From an uncultured Candidatus Saccharibacteria bacterium (GTDB lineage Bacteria; Patescibacteriota; Doudnabacteria; UBA920): a DNA stretch of 64,000 nucleotides. Below the pieces are notes generated by a model. It ran no database searches, was not told the origin of the DNA, and saw nothing but the letters and a program-made list of their open reading frames with translations. Location: contig CAZTCH010000001.1 of NCBI GenBank assembly GCA_964612745.1, positions 6,074-70,073 of the forward strand, in the 5' to 3' direction. The translations under genes and the position numbers were made by a program. Positions 24,625 to 33,436 of the stretch are shown one piece after another; position 1 is the stretch's first letter, and every line of letters begins with the position of its first letter.

Positions 24625-24800
24625 ATTTAAAAAAATGATTACGTTGTAAGGACGTTCAAATATGACGTGGTGCCACCTTACTTTGCTCGGCAGTATGCCA
24701 AGGACTTCATTGTCGCCCTTCGACATGCTCTCCTCGAGTCTGAGCGACCTCGGAGTCGATGACAGGGCTTTCAGCGATAACGGGCGTTCCCGGAAGGGTC
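24625..24800 (-). promoter_or_regulatory. probable T-box riboswitch leader of aspS (Asp specifier GAC)
   Basis: On the minus strand: Stem-I distal motif GGAGAGCA, specifier-context GGGCGACAAUG (GAC followed by A), T-box sequence AGUAAGGUGGCACCACG (UGGC bulge; C matches the Asp discriminator G73), then a hairpin and U-run (plus A-run 24628-24636). Lies about 160 nt upstream of the aspS ATG. Confidence 0.45.
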
Positions 24801-24982
24801 TACTAATCAGTGCGAAGTGCTTAGTTCTTAGTGCTTAGGAAGCTTTGCACTAAGTACTGAGTACTCAGAACTAATGTTCTGCCTTCAGCTCGGCTGTGTT
24901 TGCAGCGTCTGTGCTTGTAAAGTAATTATAGAACATTGGGCTTGGGGAGGCAATAGGAGGGGAGGGGTAGGAGGAGGGGCGT

Positions 24983-25081
24983 TAGACGGGCATCTTCTAA
25001 CGTACGAGTCTTTAGTTGTGTAATGCTGATAATGTTCCTGCCGAGCATATAACTACCATTTGTTAGAAGATGCCCATCTAA
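24983..25081. mobile_element. MITE-like element: 21-nt terminal inverted repeats GTTAGACGGGCATCTTCTAAC / GTTAGAAGATGCCCATCTAAC around a 58-nt core
   Basis: Arms are reverse complements with one mismatch. They share the TTAGATGGGCA seed with the GATGGGCACCATCTG family, and copy C (42947-43045) has the same arm/spacer geometry. Confidence 0.5.
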
Positions 25082-25495
25082 CTTTTTCGGTTGAATAAAA
25101 AAAGAAGACGGAGAAGCGCAGCGTGGGGCTGGGATCTCCGTCAGGGGGGCGTTTACTTTTGGGGCTTTTCGAAACCTGTGATTTGGGGGACCTTGTTTGT
25201 CCCCTTCGTTGCTCTTGTGCTCCAGCTGAGCCTCAAGGCTCCTTCGCTGTAGACGCAATCTGCGTGAGCTGGGATTGGTACAATATTCGGCAATCGATTG
25301 CCTACTCTATGATCGAACTTGAAAATGGCACATTTGCATTGAAGTGTGAAGATGTACATAAAAAATCCTCCTGAGATTCTTTTCGAAATTGCCGAACTGT
25401 TTTTCGGCAATGCATTGTACGATATTTTGCCCACATGTGTCAACTTACGTGTGACGGTGTGGTATACTATTTTTTAGAATTTTCTATAGAGAGAT

Positions 25496-25561
25496 ATGTT
25501 AAAAAAGATCGTACTAGACTTGGAGACTCATCCAGCCTTCGCCAAGGCTTCGGCGGATTAA
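25496..25561 (+). pseudogene. duplicated 5' fragment of downstream exonuclease gene (21 codons, MLKKIVLDLETHPAFAKASAD*)
   Basis: agagagatatgttaaaaaagatcgtactagacttggagactca (25488-25535) nearly duplicates 25594-25641, the true gene start. Confidence 0.55.
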
Positions 25562-25601
25562 TACAAGATACTTTTTGTTTTTCGTTTATTTAAAGAGAGA
25601 T

Positions 25602-26180
25602 ATGTTAAAAAAGATTGTCCTAGATTTAGAAACTCAAAATTCGTTTGCAGATGTGGGTGGGAGAGGAAAAAACCACTTGCTCAAGATTTCGGTGTGCGGA
25701 GTGTATTTTTACGAAACAGACACATACGTGTGCTACGAAGAACACGAGCTTTCCAAACTGGCACCGCTCTTGCAAACTGCGGATCAGATTATTGGGTATA
25801 ACATTAAAGACTTTGACTTCGAAGTGTTGCAGCCGTACTTGAATTTTAATATTTTCGATATTCCGTATTTAGACGTGTTGCAAGAAATAGAAAAATCTAT
25901 TGGTCACCGTGTGAAGCTCGAGTCAGTTGCCCAAGCAACGCTCGGCACGGGGAAGTCGGGGACCGGTTTGCAAGCGATTGTGTACTGGCGAGAAGGTAAG
26001 TTAAACGAACTAAAAAGTTATTGTTTGGATGACGTAAAAGTAACCAAGCAAGTGTACGAGTACGGCATGAAACATGGAAAAGTTTTGTACTCGGACTATT
26101 TTAATACAAAAGAATGCCCCGTAACGTTCGTAGAACCGAACGCACGGGGCGAGGTGCTTCACCAAGGAAGCTTGTTTTAA
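25602..26180 (+). CDS. DEDDy-type 3'-5' exonuclease (RNase D/WRN-exo-like fold)
   Basis: Exo I LDLETQ, Exo II GYNIKDFDFEVL, Exo III YCLDDVKVTKQVYEY. Start at MLKKIVLDLE is preferred over the upstream TTG/ATG. Confidence 0.6.
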   Translation: MLKKIVLDLETQNSFADVGGRGKNHLLKISVCGVYFYETDTYVCYEEHELSKLAPLLQTADQIIGYNIKDFDFEVLQPYLNFNIFDIPYLDVLQEIEKSIGHRVKLESVAQATLGTGKSGTGLQAIVYWREGKLNELKSYCLDDVKVTKQVYEYGMKHGKVLYSDYFNTKECPVTFVEPNARGEVLHQGSLF

Positions 26181-26629
26181 CGTACTATTTCAATCGTAAG
26201 TATGGGGTGCTGACCTGTATCGGTGATACACAACTCACTTACAGATATGGATCTTAGATACGCATGTAAAATGGTTTTCGTCGTTTCGGCATCAATACCT
26301 TTTGTAGGTATGTTTTCAGTCGTTCCTACAGAAGTTTTTAGATTCGCACAGAGTTCGTTATTTTGCAAAAATAGCAACGCTAATTGGATTATCTGTGCTT
26401 TGTCATTGCTTTGCCACACGACAAGGGTGTGGGTTAAGTAGTCTTTTAGGGCATCAGCGTGGCGAAACTTTTCCGCCGACTGCTGCTTACCTTTTCGGTG
26501 ACCAAGGAAAACATTGTACATTGCTTGCCTCCAAGAGCTAGGTTTTCTTTGTTGATATCTTGAACAAGGATTGACGCAGTACGGTGTCAAAAATAAATAA
26601 TCCAGTATTGCCGTATTCCGAGATAGCAA
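26177..26629 (-). CDS. hypothetical protein (possible 3' part of a frameshifted gene)
   Basis: 150-aa ORF overlaps the 26538..26954 ORF by 92 nt in another frame. Contains an FLGHRKGKQQSAEKFRH segment. No confident family. Confidence 0.3.
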   Translation of the reverse strand: MLSRNTAILDYLFLTPYCVNPCSRYQQRKPSSWRQAMYNVFLGHRKGKQQSAEKFRHADALKDYLTHTLVVWQSNDKAQIIQLALLFLQNNELCANLKTSVGTTENIPTKGIDAETTKTILHAYLRSISVSELCITDTGQHPILTIEIVR

Positions 26630-26954
26630 GTGCTATAGCCTGTTTCAGTCCCTGTTTATTTTGCTCAGCTATTTTAGTAGCGAGGACTTTTGCTGAGCCG
26701 CGTTGTCTCAGTACTTGCTTTGCTCCCAAAGACTCATAAATAAACCGAAGCGCTTGTTTTGCTGTTACTTGAACGGCTTTCCCTTGGTTGACGCAAATTT
26801 CAATGTCTAACGTTTTATTCCAATTCACAATGTCAGAGCCAGATTGTTGTGGTTTACTATTTGATGCTTGTATCAGATATGTTGGCACAGTAGAAGACCT
26901 CCTTTGATCTTGAGTAGTGTTTGTTTGAGCGGACGAGGTGTAGTATAAGCTCAT
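26538..26954 (-). CDS. hypothetical protein (possible 5' part of a frameshifted gene)
   Basis: 138-aa ORF. See the previous entry. Confidence 0.3.
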   Translation of the reverse strand: MSLYYTSSAQTNTTQDQRRSSTVPTYLIQASNSKPQQSGSDIVNWNKTLDIEICVNQGKAVQVTAKQALRFIYESLGAKQVLRQRGSAKVLATKIAEQNKQGLKQAIALAISEYGNTGLFIFDTVLRQSLFKISTKKT

Positions 26955-26981
26955 CTGCGCCGTTTGTCATGTTGGTAGTCC

Positions 26982-27032
26982 CCGTTACGAAGGTGACCTT
27001 CGTAACCGTTACCATGGTCACCTTCGTAACGG
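26982..27032. promoter_or_regulatory. nested palindromes upstream of lgt (CCGTTACGAAGGTGACC ... GGTCACCTTCGTAACGG)
   Basis: 17-nt perfect inverted repeat plus an internal TTACGAAGGTGACCTTCGTAA palindrome in the divergent region, immediately before the lgt -10 TATACT. Confidence 0.5.
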
Positions 27033-27046
27033 TGTATACTGGTTAT

Positions 27047-27934
27047 ATGCGAAAGGTAACTCTTATTTGTGCTGCGTTGGCAGTGGTGGCAGGGGGATTT
27101 TTTTTAAAACAAGTTTTTTCTGGGGCGTGGGCATTGCCCCAAACAATTAGTGTGGGATTTGTGACGCTGCACTACTATGGCATTACGATGGCACTGGCAC
27201 TTGCGAGTGCATGGTATTTTGCTGTGTATCGAGCACCTCGTTTTGGTTTAGCGTCTGAATGGGTAGACGCGGCTGCAGTATGGCTGGCTTTGGGTGGGTT
27301 TGCTGGTGCGCGGTTGTACCATGTATTTTCTAGCTTTGGTTACTATACGCAGAACCCTGTAGAAGTATTTATGGTGTGGCATGGGGGATTGTCTATTTTT
27401 GGTGCCCTCCTCGGAGGGTTTGCAGCGCTGCTGGGGTACCTGTATTTTTTCCGCAAGCAATCAGCTACTGCAGAAGTATGGGGTTGGTTGGATGTGTTGG
27501 CGCCGGCAGTACTGCTCGGGCAAATAGTTGGTCGGTTTGGGAATTTGTTTAACTACGAAGCATTCGGCTACCCAACGGCACTGCCGTGGAAGATGTTTGT
27601 ACCAGAAGTGTTTCGGCCTGTAGAATTTGCAGCGACACAGTTTTTCCATCCTCTGTTTTTGTACGAAGCAGGGGCAAACGCGCTTATTTTTGCGTTCCTA
27701 TGGTGGTACGCGCGACCTTCGGGTCGGACACCGCTGCGCATGGGGGCCGTGTTCAGTTTGTATATTATTCTGTATAATACTGTTAGATTTTTCCTCGAAC
27801 ACTTGCGCACAGACAGTACATTTCTTTCGCCTCAGGTGCGGTTGAATGCGGTGGCTAGCGCGCTCTTAGTTGTCGTGGGCAGTGCAATTTATTTCTATGT
27901 AAGACGTTATGGCAGAACCTACACTCGTTCATAA
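27047..27934 (+). CDS. lgt: prolipoprotein diacylglyceryl transferase
   Basis: Lgt signature GRFGNLFNYEAFG. Multi-TM. ATG at 27047 is 6 nt after TATACT (leaderless). The ORF-track start 26921 runs through the palindrome region. Confidence 0.8.
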   Translation: MRKVTLICAALAVVAGGFFLKQVFSGAWALPQTISVGFVTLHYYGITMALALASAWYFAVYRAPRFGLASEWVDAAAVWLALGGFAGARLYHVFSSFGYYTQNPVEVFMVWHGGLSIFGALLGGFAALLGYLYFFRKQSATAEVWGWLDVLAPAVLLGQIVGRFGNLFNYEAFGYPTALPWKMFVPEVFRPVEFAATQFFHPLFLYEAGANALIFAFLWWYARPSGRTPLRMGAVFSLYIILYNTVRFFLEHLRTDSTFLSPQVRLNAVASALLVVVGSAIYFYVRRYGRTYTRS

Positions 27935-28673
27935 AAAATGGCTTCGGGGGATTAGCATCTTCGCGGCTTTGGTATTGCCGGTGGGGGTATATGCGCTGTC
28001 GCTTCCAACTCCTGTGTTCCGCTACATTATCCCTTTTGTACTTGCGGTAGTGCTTTTGGTTGAGTTGGTTACGTGGTTTTCTTTGGCGCAAACTCCAGAA
28101 GTACGCCGGTGGATGTTAGTCCGAAGTGCGCTGTTTTACTGTGCATGGTTGGCGGTGTTCTTTTTAGTACCTTTCTCTTCTTTGTTTTCTTGGTACATGG
28201 TGTTGAGTGTGCCACTGTTGTACTTGGGGCACACTATGGTGACATATACCGGAGAGACGGTACTGATTTCCCACACAATTTTAGTGAGCTTTGGGATATT
28301 GCTCACGGCAGCTGCAGGGGAGTATTACTTTAAAGCAGGGAGTTTGCTTCTGACCACATTGGTATTTGCAGCTTTGGTGCTCTTGACTCGGGGGACGTTT
28401 GTATTGGTGCCGCAGCAACCAGCAGTGCGTTTGTCTGCGTCCTTGTTGGTGGCGCTGTTTGCAACCGAAACGTATGCAGCATTGTTACTGCTACCATTTC
28501 ACTACACCGTGATTGGGTTTCTGGCGTTCCTTGCGTTTTATGTGGTGTGGTTGTGCGCGTACTACTGGCAGTTCAACGTTTTGACTGCGCAACGCGCGAA
28601 GTTTTACTTGTTTGTAGCGCTTGTTCTTGCTGGTTTGGTGTTGCTGGTCACACCATGGCAAGTTGTGGCATAA
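27909..28673 (+). CDS. hypothetical polytopic membrane protein
   Basis: 254 aa with about 8 TM helices. Overlaps the lgt end by 26 nt. Confidence 0.5.
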   Translation: MAEPTLVHKKWLRGISIFAALVLPVGVYALSLPTPVFRYIIPFVLAVVLLVELVTWFSLAQTPEVRRWMLVRSALFYCAWLAVFFLVPFSSLFSWYMVLSVPLLYLGHTMVTYTGETVLISHTILVSFGILLTAAAGEYYFKAGSLLLTTLVFAALVLLTRGTFVLVPQQPAVRLSASLLVALFATETYAALLLLPFHYTVIGFLAFLAFYVVWLCAYYWQFNVLTAQRAKFYLFVALVLAGLVLLVTPWQVVA

Positions 28674-28723
28674 TATAGAAAAGTACGACTGGTTCGTGCT
28701 CTCTATTTTCAACTTTATATCTT

Positions 28724-29782
28724 ATGAAATTTGGTTTCTTTCGGACTTTGCTCTGGATAGTCAGTGTAGGCGTAGTAGTTTTTTTCTGCTCCGTCTTGTT
28801 TGGCGATGTGTTACTTGCTCGCCTGTCTACGTTGAGCGTTGTGAAGAAGTATCACTTACTTGAACCAAGTGCTCCGTTGGTCATAAACACTCGAGAAGAA
28901 GTACGGGTAAACGAAGCAAACGACATTATTGCCGCAATTAACAAAAACCAAGAGAAGGTTGCTGCGGTGGTAACTGGGTCTGGAACGGGGACGGTGTTGC
29001 GCGGTGCTGCACTAGCTTCGGTGTCCGATGGTTTGTGGTTGACCACAAAAGCAGTTGTTGCGGGAGTAAAGCCTGCAGACTTGGCAGTGGTGCAAAACTC
29101 GGGCAAGCGTTTACCAGTCTCTGCAGTGACACTCGATACCGTGTCTAACTTAGTCTTGCTTCGGACAGATGCAAAAGGTTTGAATGTTTCTGCGTTTCGC
29201 GAATTCAAAGCAGCGGCAACGGGCGAGCGAGTAGTGTTGCTGGGTGCACAAGCAGATGGTGCTATCTATTTTTTGACTAGCTATATTTCTGCGCAAGAAA
29301 AGTTTAGTGGCGCGGTAGTTGCCAGCGAAGCTCCGTCTCGCTCACTACTCCTCCAAACAGTAGCAGGGCTTATGCCTGGGCAAATTGCGTTTGATTTTTC
29401 TGGACAGGTTACCGGCGTGTACGATGGTCAGTCACTCGTGCCAGCAAGTGTGGCGCAGGAGTTTGTGGCAAACGTTTTGGCAAACCAAGGAAAACTAGTC
29501 CGGCCGTATTTTGGCTTTTTCTACACTCTGACACCAGAGAAAGGTTTGGTGGTCACAAAGCGGGAAGCGGTGGCGGTCGTAGCGGGAAGTCCTGCAGCTC
29601 GGGCAGGGTTGGTAGAAGGGGACGTTATTACTAAAATTGGGCAACAAAGCGTCCTAGGTGCAACTCCTCCAGATATGATTTTGCAAGCGGTTCCGGTAAA
29701 TGCCCCAATCTTGCTTACGGTTATGCGGCAAAACAAGGAAATCGAGGTTTCTGTAACTCCAATTCCCCAAAAAGCCCAATAA
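28724..29782 (+). CDS. membrane-anchored PDZ-domain protein (HtrA-like architecture without obvious GNSGGP catalytic motif)
   Basis: N-terminal TM and a C-terminal PDZ (GLVEGDVITKIGQQSV). No clear catalytic Ser motif. Confidence 0.55.
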   Translation: MKFGFFRTLLWIVSVGVVVFFCSVLFGDVLLARLSTLSVVKKYHLLEPSAPLVINTREEVRVNEANDIIAAINKNQEKVAAVVTGSGTGTVLRGAALASVSDGLWLTTKAVVAGVKPADLAVVQNSGKRLPVSAVTLDTVSNLVLLRTDAKGLNVSAFREFKAAATGERVVLLGAQADGAIYFLTSYISAQEKFSGAVVASEAPSRSLLLQTVAGLMPGQIAFDFSGQVTGVYDGQSLVPASVAQEFVANVLANQGKLVRPYFGFFYTLTPEKGLVVTKREAVAVVAGSPAARAGLVEGDVITKIGQQSVLGATPPDMILQAVPVNAPILLTVMRQNKEIEVSVTPIPQKAQ

Positions 29783-29892
29783 ACACACGTTCGAGGTAGT
29801 CCATTGGGTGGAAAACCTGCTATTGACAAAAAGGTACATTTATGATATGGTAATAGCCACAGTGATGTGGCTATTATTTATTTATATTTTGT

Positions 29893-31191
29893 ATGGCAGA
29901 TAACAAATTTTACCCAGCAGCAAGCGAAGAAATGGCTCGAATGCTTGGTTTAGTGAGTGAACCAGCAAAAGCTGAGCCCGTGCAGAACACGACTTTTCCG
30001 GAAGTTGTGCCTGTTGAGGCGTCTGTTATACAGATGCCCGTACAGACTCCAGAAGAAATAATTGCCCAAGATGTAGCGGCAATAACTGGTGAAGCACCAG
30101 CAAAAATGATGGAACAAGCCTCTGCGACAGCAGCAGTGGTAGTAGCTGGAAGTGCTTTGCAACCAGCATTGCTCCGTGTTGGAAAAGTGGTTTTGTCTTT
30201 AGTGCCCTACCTCTTAGTATTCGTGATTTTGTTTGGGGTGTACTACTTCTGGTTTGCTGACCCTTCCAACCGTCCTGAAATTTTCCGTAAAGTCCAAACA
30301 AAGACTCCAACAGTTGCAGAGCAGAAAGCTACCGACATGGCCACTGCGCAAAAAGAGCAAAAGGTAGAGTTTAACACATGGATCTTGCAGTACTACTTTG
30401 ATGTGAGCGATGCGGCTATTGTTGCCCCAGACTTTATTGCACCGAACAAGTTAACGAACTTTGAAAACTATTTACTCAAGCTGAACCCGAAGACGAATGA
30501 TATTCGCCGTCTCGGTGTGACCGATGCCGAGTCTGTGTTAAATGGCATAGAGCCGAACACTGGTGAACCTTTGGCAGATTGGCAACGTGACGTGGTAGCA
30601 AAATACTTTAACTCCGACGCAATCCTTGCTCGTGTGCGTGGCGAAACCAGTACAAGTGCTCCTTCTGCAGTAACCCCACGGGTTGCACAAGCAGCGACTT
30701 CTACGCCAAACGGTGTCTGTGCAGAAAATGCTATGGGCATTAACACCGAAATTGCTGGTCGACTCGAAGTACCTTCTATGGGTGTGAACGTGCCAATTAT
30801 TTGGACAAAGAACGCAGCAAACTTCGACAACGATTTAAAGAGCGGTGTGGTGCATTACCCATGTACACCACTTCCTGGTGATACTGGTACCAGTTACATT
30901 TCTGGACACTCCAGTAACTATGCATGGATTAAGGCAGACTTTAACCAAGTGTTTGCACAGATGAACAGCCTTGCCGATGGTGCAACATTTAAGATAACCG
31001 TGGTCGGGAATGATGGTAAAGATATTCGGTTGCACTATATTGTCCAGCGCAAAGCAGTGTACGCAGCAGACGACCAAGCACAGTTCGCAAATACTGCAGA
31101 CTCGCTCGTCGCGTTGTCCACTTGCTGGCCACTGAACACTACCGAGAAACGTATGGTAGCGTACGGCAAGTTGGATAGAGTAGAGAAATAG
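29893..31191 (+). CDS. sortase-family transpeptidase with N-terminal extension and TM anchor
   Basis: C-terminal domain carries His (YISGHSS), the LSTCWP (TLxTC) catalytic Cys motif, and a downstream Arg. Confidence 0.7.
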   Translation: MADNKFYPAASEEMARMLGLVSEPAKAEPVQNTTFPEVVPVEASVIQMPVQTPEEIIAQDVAAITGEAPAKMMEQASATAAVVVAGSALQPALLRVGKVVLSLVPYLLVFVILFGVYYFWFADPSNRPEIFRKVQTKTPTVAEQKATDMATAQKEQKVEFNTWILQYYFDVSDAAIVAPDFIAPNKLTNFENYLLKLNPKTNDIRRLGVTDAESVLNGIEPNTGEPLADWQRDVVAKYFNSDAILARVRGETSTSAPSAVTPRVAQAATSTPNGVCAENAMGINTEIAGRLEVPSMGVNVPIIWTKNAANFDNDLKSGVVHYPCTPLPGDTGTSYISGHSSNYAWIKADFNQVFAQMNSLADGATFKITVVGNDGKDIRLHYIVQRKAVYAADDQAQFANTADSLVALSTCWPLNTTEKRMVAYGKLDRVEK

Positions 31192-31379
31192 AATCAGTCG
31201 AAGGTCTTCACGTCGTAAAGTCGAACGCTTTCAGATTACAGTTGCGGTTTTGTGTTTTGACTTTCCAGTTTGTTCTCTCGTATGTATTTCTGGGGTGAAG
31301 ACGTTACGACCTTATAACGTTACGACATGACTGTTGTGAGCGGGTAGTGGGGGTGTCTAGTCCGGTAGATTGTGGAAAT

Positions 31380-31579
31380 ACTAGTCACTTCCAAACGCGC
31401 CCATGACAAGCGCGATTTGGGGGAGCTCCACCGCGGAGCGCTCCACTTCTTCTGACACCATGCGGTGTCAGTCTAAGCGGGGGGTTGAACAGTTCAATCA
31501 CCCCAAATCTTCGCGCTTCGGCGCAGTACATTCACATTGGTGCGTATAAAATGCGTACCCTATCTCAGGAGGATAGAAA
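31380..31579 (+). promoter_or_regulatory. highly structured GC-rich 5' leader (multiple hairpins including GCGC-UUCG-GCGC) upstream of secreted PG-binding protein gene
   Basis: Hairpins CGCGC..GCGCG, GGAGCGCTCC, CTGACACC-atgc-GGTGTCAG, GGGG..ttgaacagttcaa..CCCC and gcgcttcggcgc. A strong SD AGGAGG precedes the ATG at 31580. Confidence 0.35.
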
Positions 31580-33166
31580 ATGAAAACGAAACTATTTATT
31601 TTGACGATCGCAATTTTAGCGTTTGCATCAACAACGTTTGCGCAACAGACTGACGACTGCCGCCGTAGGGCACAAAATGGTCAGTGTATCGACATGTCCA
31701 CGGTTTTCGTTGGTGCTCCAGACTTACGTAAAGCGAAAATAATCGTCCTTAACGCGCCTGATTTAACGGAAACTCAAGTTAGGTTAGTGATTTCAGAGCT
31801 TACGCCCCATTTTGTTAGTGTCTATGGTAAAAATTTTATCGTAGTCACTGATGAGCGAAAGATTAACCCATCATGGGGTGGTGAGCGGATTCCGCTTACT
31901 TACAACGTGCGCGTACGTTCTGATGTCAGCGAAATGCAATCTTCAACTCTGAGCACTGCTGGTAAGCGTGCAGCTGCTCGCATTGGTCAAAGCGTGTTCA
32001 GTATTTTAGTTCAAGTCATTCCGGGAAACAATCCTATCGCTAGCAGAACTAAAAATGAAGTAGAACGGGCAGGTCAAGATGTTCTTCAAGAACAAATTGA
32101 TAATCACGAGGCGGGTATGGCCCCAAAATACCGAACCTATGCTGTCACTTCGGAGTTACTTCGTGGTGACGGAGCAAAGTTCAAGCCCCTGAAAGACCCT
32201 ACTGACTACTTTGTGATTAAAGAAGTATACAAAACCAAAGGTAGAACAGAACATTTTTTAGTGGCTCAAGGCGATCGAGAAGATCACATAAAGCCGCTAG
32301 AAAAACAAATTTACCTTGGTTACACCTCAGAGGCCCCTCAAAATGGCCTAACACGACTCGAACTTCTACGACTTTTAAGGCGGGATGATGATCCTGCTCA
32401 CAAAAGCCAACCTTTAGACCAATTCTTAAGGGGTGACAGCCCTTCAAGCGACTCATTCGATGCAAGTGGAAACTGCAAACGTCGGGAGTGGAGCGATGAA
32501 AAAAACGACTGGGTCTGCAAAGATTCAGTTGAGGCTAAAACACCTCCACCTTGCAAAACGCAAGTGAGAGATAACTCAGGTGAGTGGCGCTGTGCACCAG
32601 AGCCTCCGCAAACAGCAGCAGTTAAACCAGCAACACAAGAACCAGCACAAGCCGCAAAGCCGACTTGTCCCGATGGTTATAGGCTGGTGTGGCAAAATGG
32701 CACAGCGCCTTTGTGCTTGCCGGTGAGTGGTCCTGTGCCACCGCCTGCGCAAGCAAAAGTTGAGCCGCCGGTGCAAGTAGTACCGACTCCTCAACCGCCA
32801 ACAACTGCAGCTCCTGTTACAGTTGTCGGCTTTCCCGGTTTCAGTTCTACAACGGACTTCAGTACGCGAACCGAAGCTGCAAGTCGAGTAAACGGCTTTT
32901 TCTGCGCTGGGAGCGGTGACCATTGGTTTTACACCCAATGGCAAAGCACATGGATCCCGAATATTTCGGGTCCTAACAGCAAAAAAGCTATTGGCGAGTT
33001 TCAGGCAACAAACGGGTTGCCTGTTACGCAAAGATTGGACTTTGCTACGCTCGAAGTGCTGAATCTGTTGTGGCACAAAAATCCACAGCTTTTTCCAACT
33101 ATGGAAGAGCTGTTGAAAAAGTCGCCGCAGCCGTGCAGGGTGCGCCCGAGCGTGCCAAAAAAGTAG
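31580..33166 (+). CDS. secreted protein with C-terminal peptidoglycan-binding (PG_binding_1-like) domain
   Basis: Signal peptide (MKTKLFILTIAILAFASTTFA), a Pro-rich linker, and a C-terminal GLPVTQRLDFATLEVL PG-binding-like repeat. Confidence 0.65.
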   Translation: MKTKLFILTIAILAFASTTFAQQTDDCRRRAQNGQCIDMSTVFVGAPDLRKAKIIVLNAPDLTETQVRLVISELTPHFVSVYGKNFIVVTDERKINPSWGGERIPLTYNVRVRSDVSEMQSSTLSTAGKRAAARIGQSVFSILVQVIPGNNPIASRTKNEVERAGQDVLQEQIDNHEAGMAPKYRTYAVTSELLRGDGAKFKPLKDPTDYFVIKEVYKTKGRTEHFLVAQGDREDHIKPLEKQIYLGYTSEAPQNGLTRLELLRLLRRDDDPAHKSQPLDQFLRGDSPSSDSFDASGNCKRREWSDEKNDWVCKDSVEAKTPPPCKTQVRDNSGEWRCAPEPPQTAAVKPATQEPAQAAKPTCPDGYRLVWQNGTAPLCLPVSGPVPPPAQAKVEPPVQVVPTPQPPTTAAPVTVVGFPGFSSTTDFSTRTEAASRVNGFFCAGSGDHWFYTQWQSTWIPNISGPNSKKAIGEFQATNGLPVTQRLDFATLEVLNLLWHKNPQLFPTMEELLKKSPQPCRVRPSVPKK

Positions 33167-33180
33167 TTTCGATACAAACT

Positions 33181-33216
33181 AAGGATGAACGAGCTTCGGC
33201 ACGTTCATCCTTTTTA
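33181..33216 (+). terminator. hairpin terminator (ggatgaacg-agcttcggca-cgttcatcc + T-run)
   Basis: 9-bp stem followed by TTTTTATT. Confidence 0.6.
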
Positions 33217-33436
33217 TTATGTAATAATATTGACTTATACTCAAATATATATTATAATATTACTTAATAAAATCTAATGTATTGAGCAGCAAAAAAGGGT
33301 ATTTTTACGCTTTTTTGCTGCTCACCTCATTTTTCGCAGTTATATTTTTTATTCGTCGTTATACCCAGAGGTGGGTCCTGAAGCCGAGGACATTTTCGGG
33401 CTACAATAGTTCTTTTACAACCACCTTGGAGGGTGT

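Noticed and set aside
24520-24726. 68-aa minus-strand ORF starting MSKGDNEVLGILPSK with an apparent SD
   Set aside because: It lies inside the proposed T-box leader, with the ATG within Stem I, and runs into AT-rich repeat-encoded low-complexity sequence.
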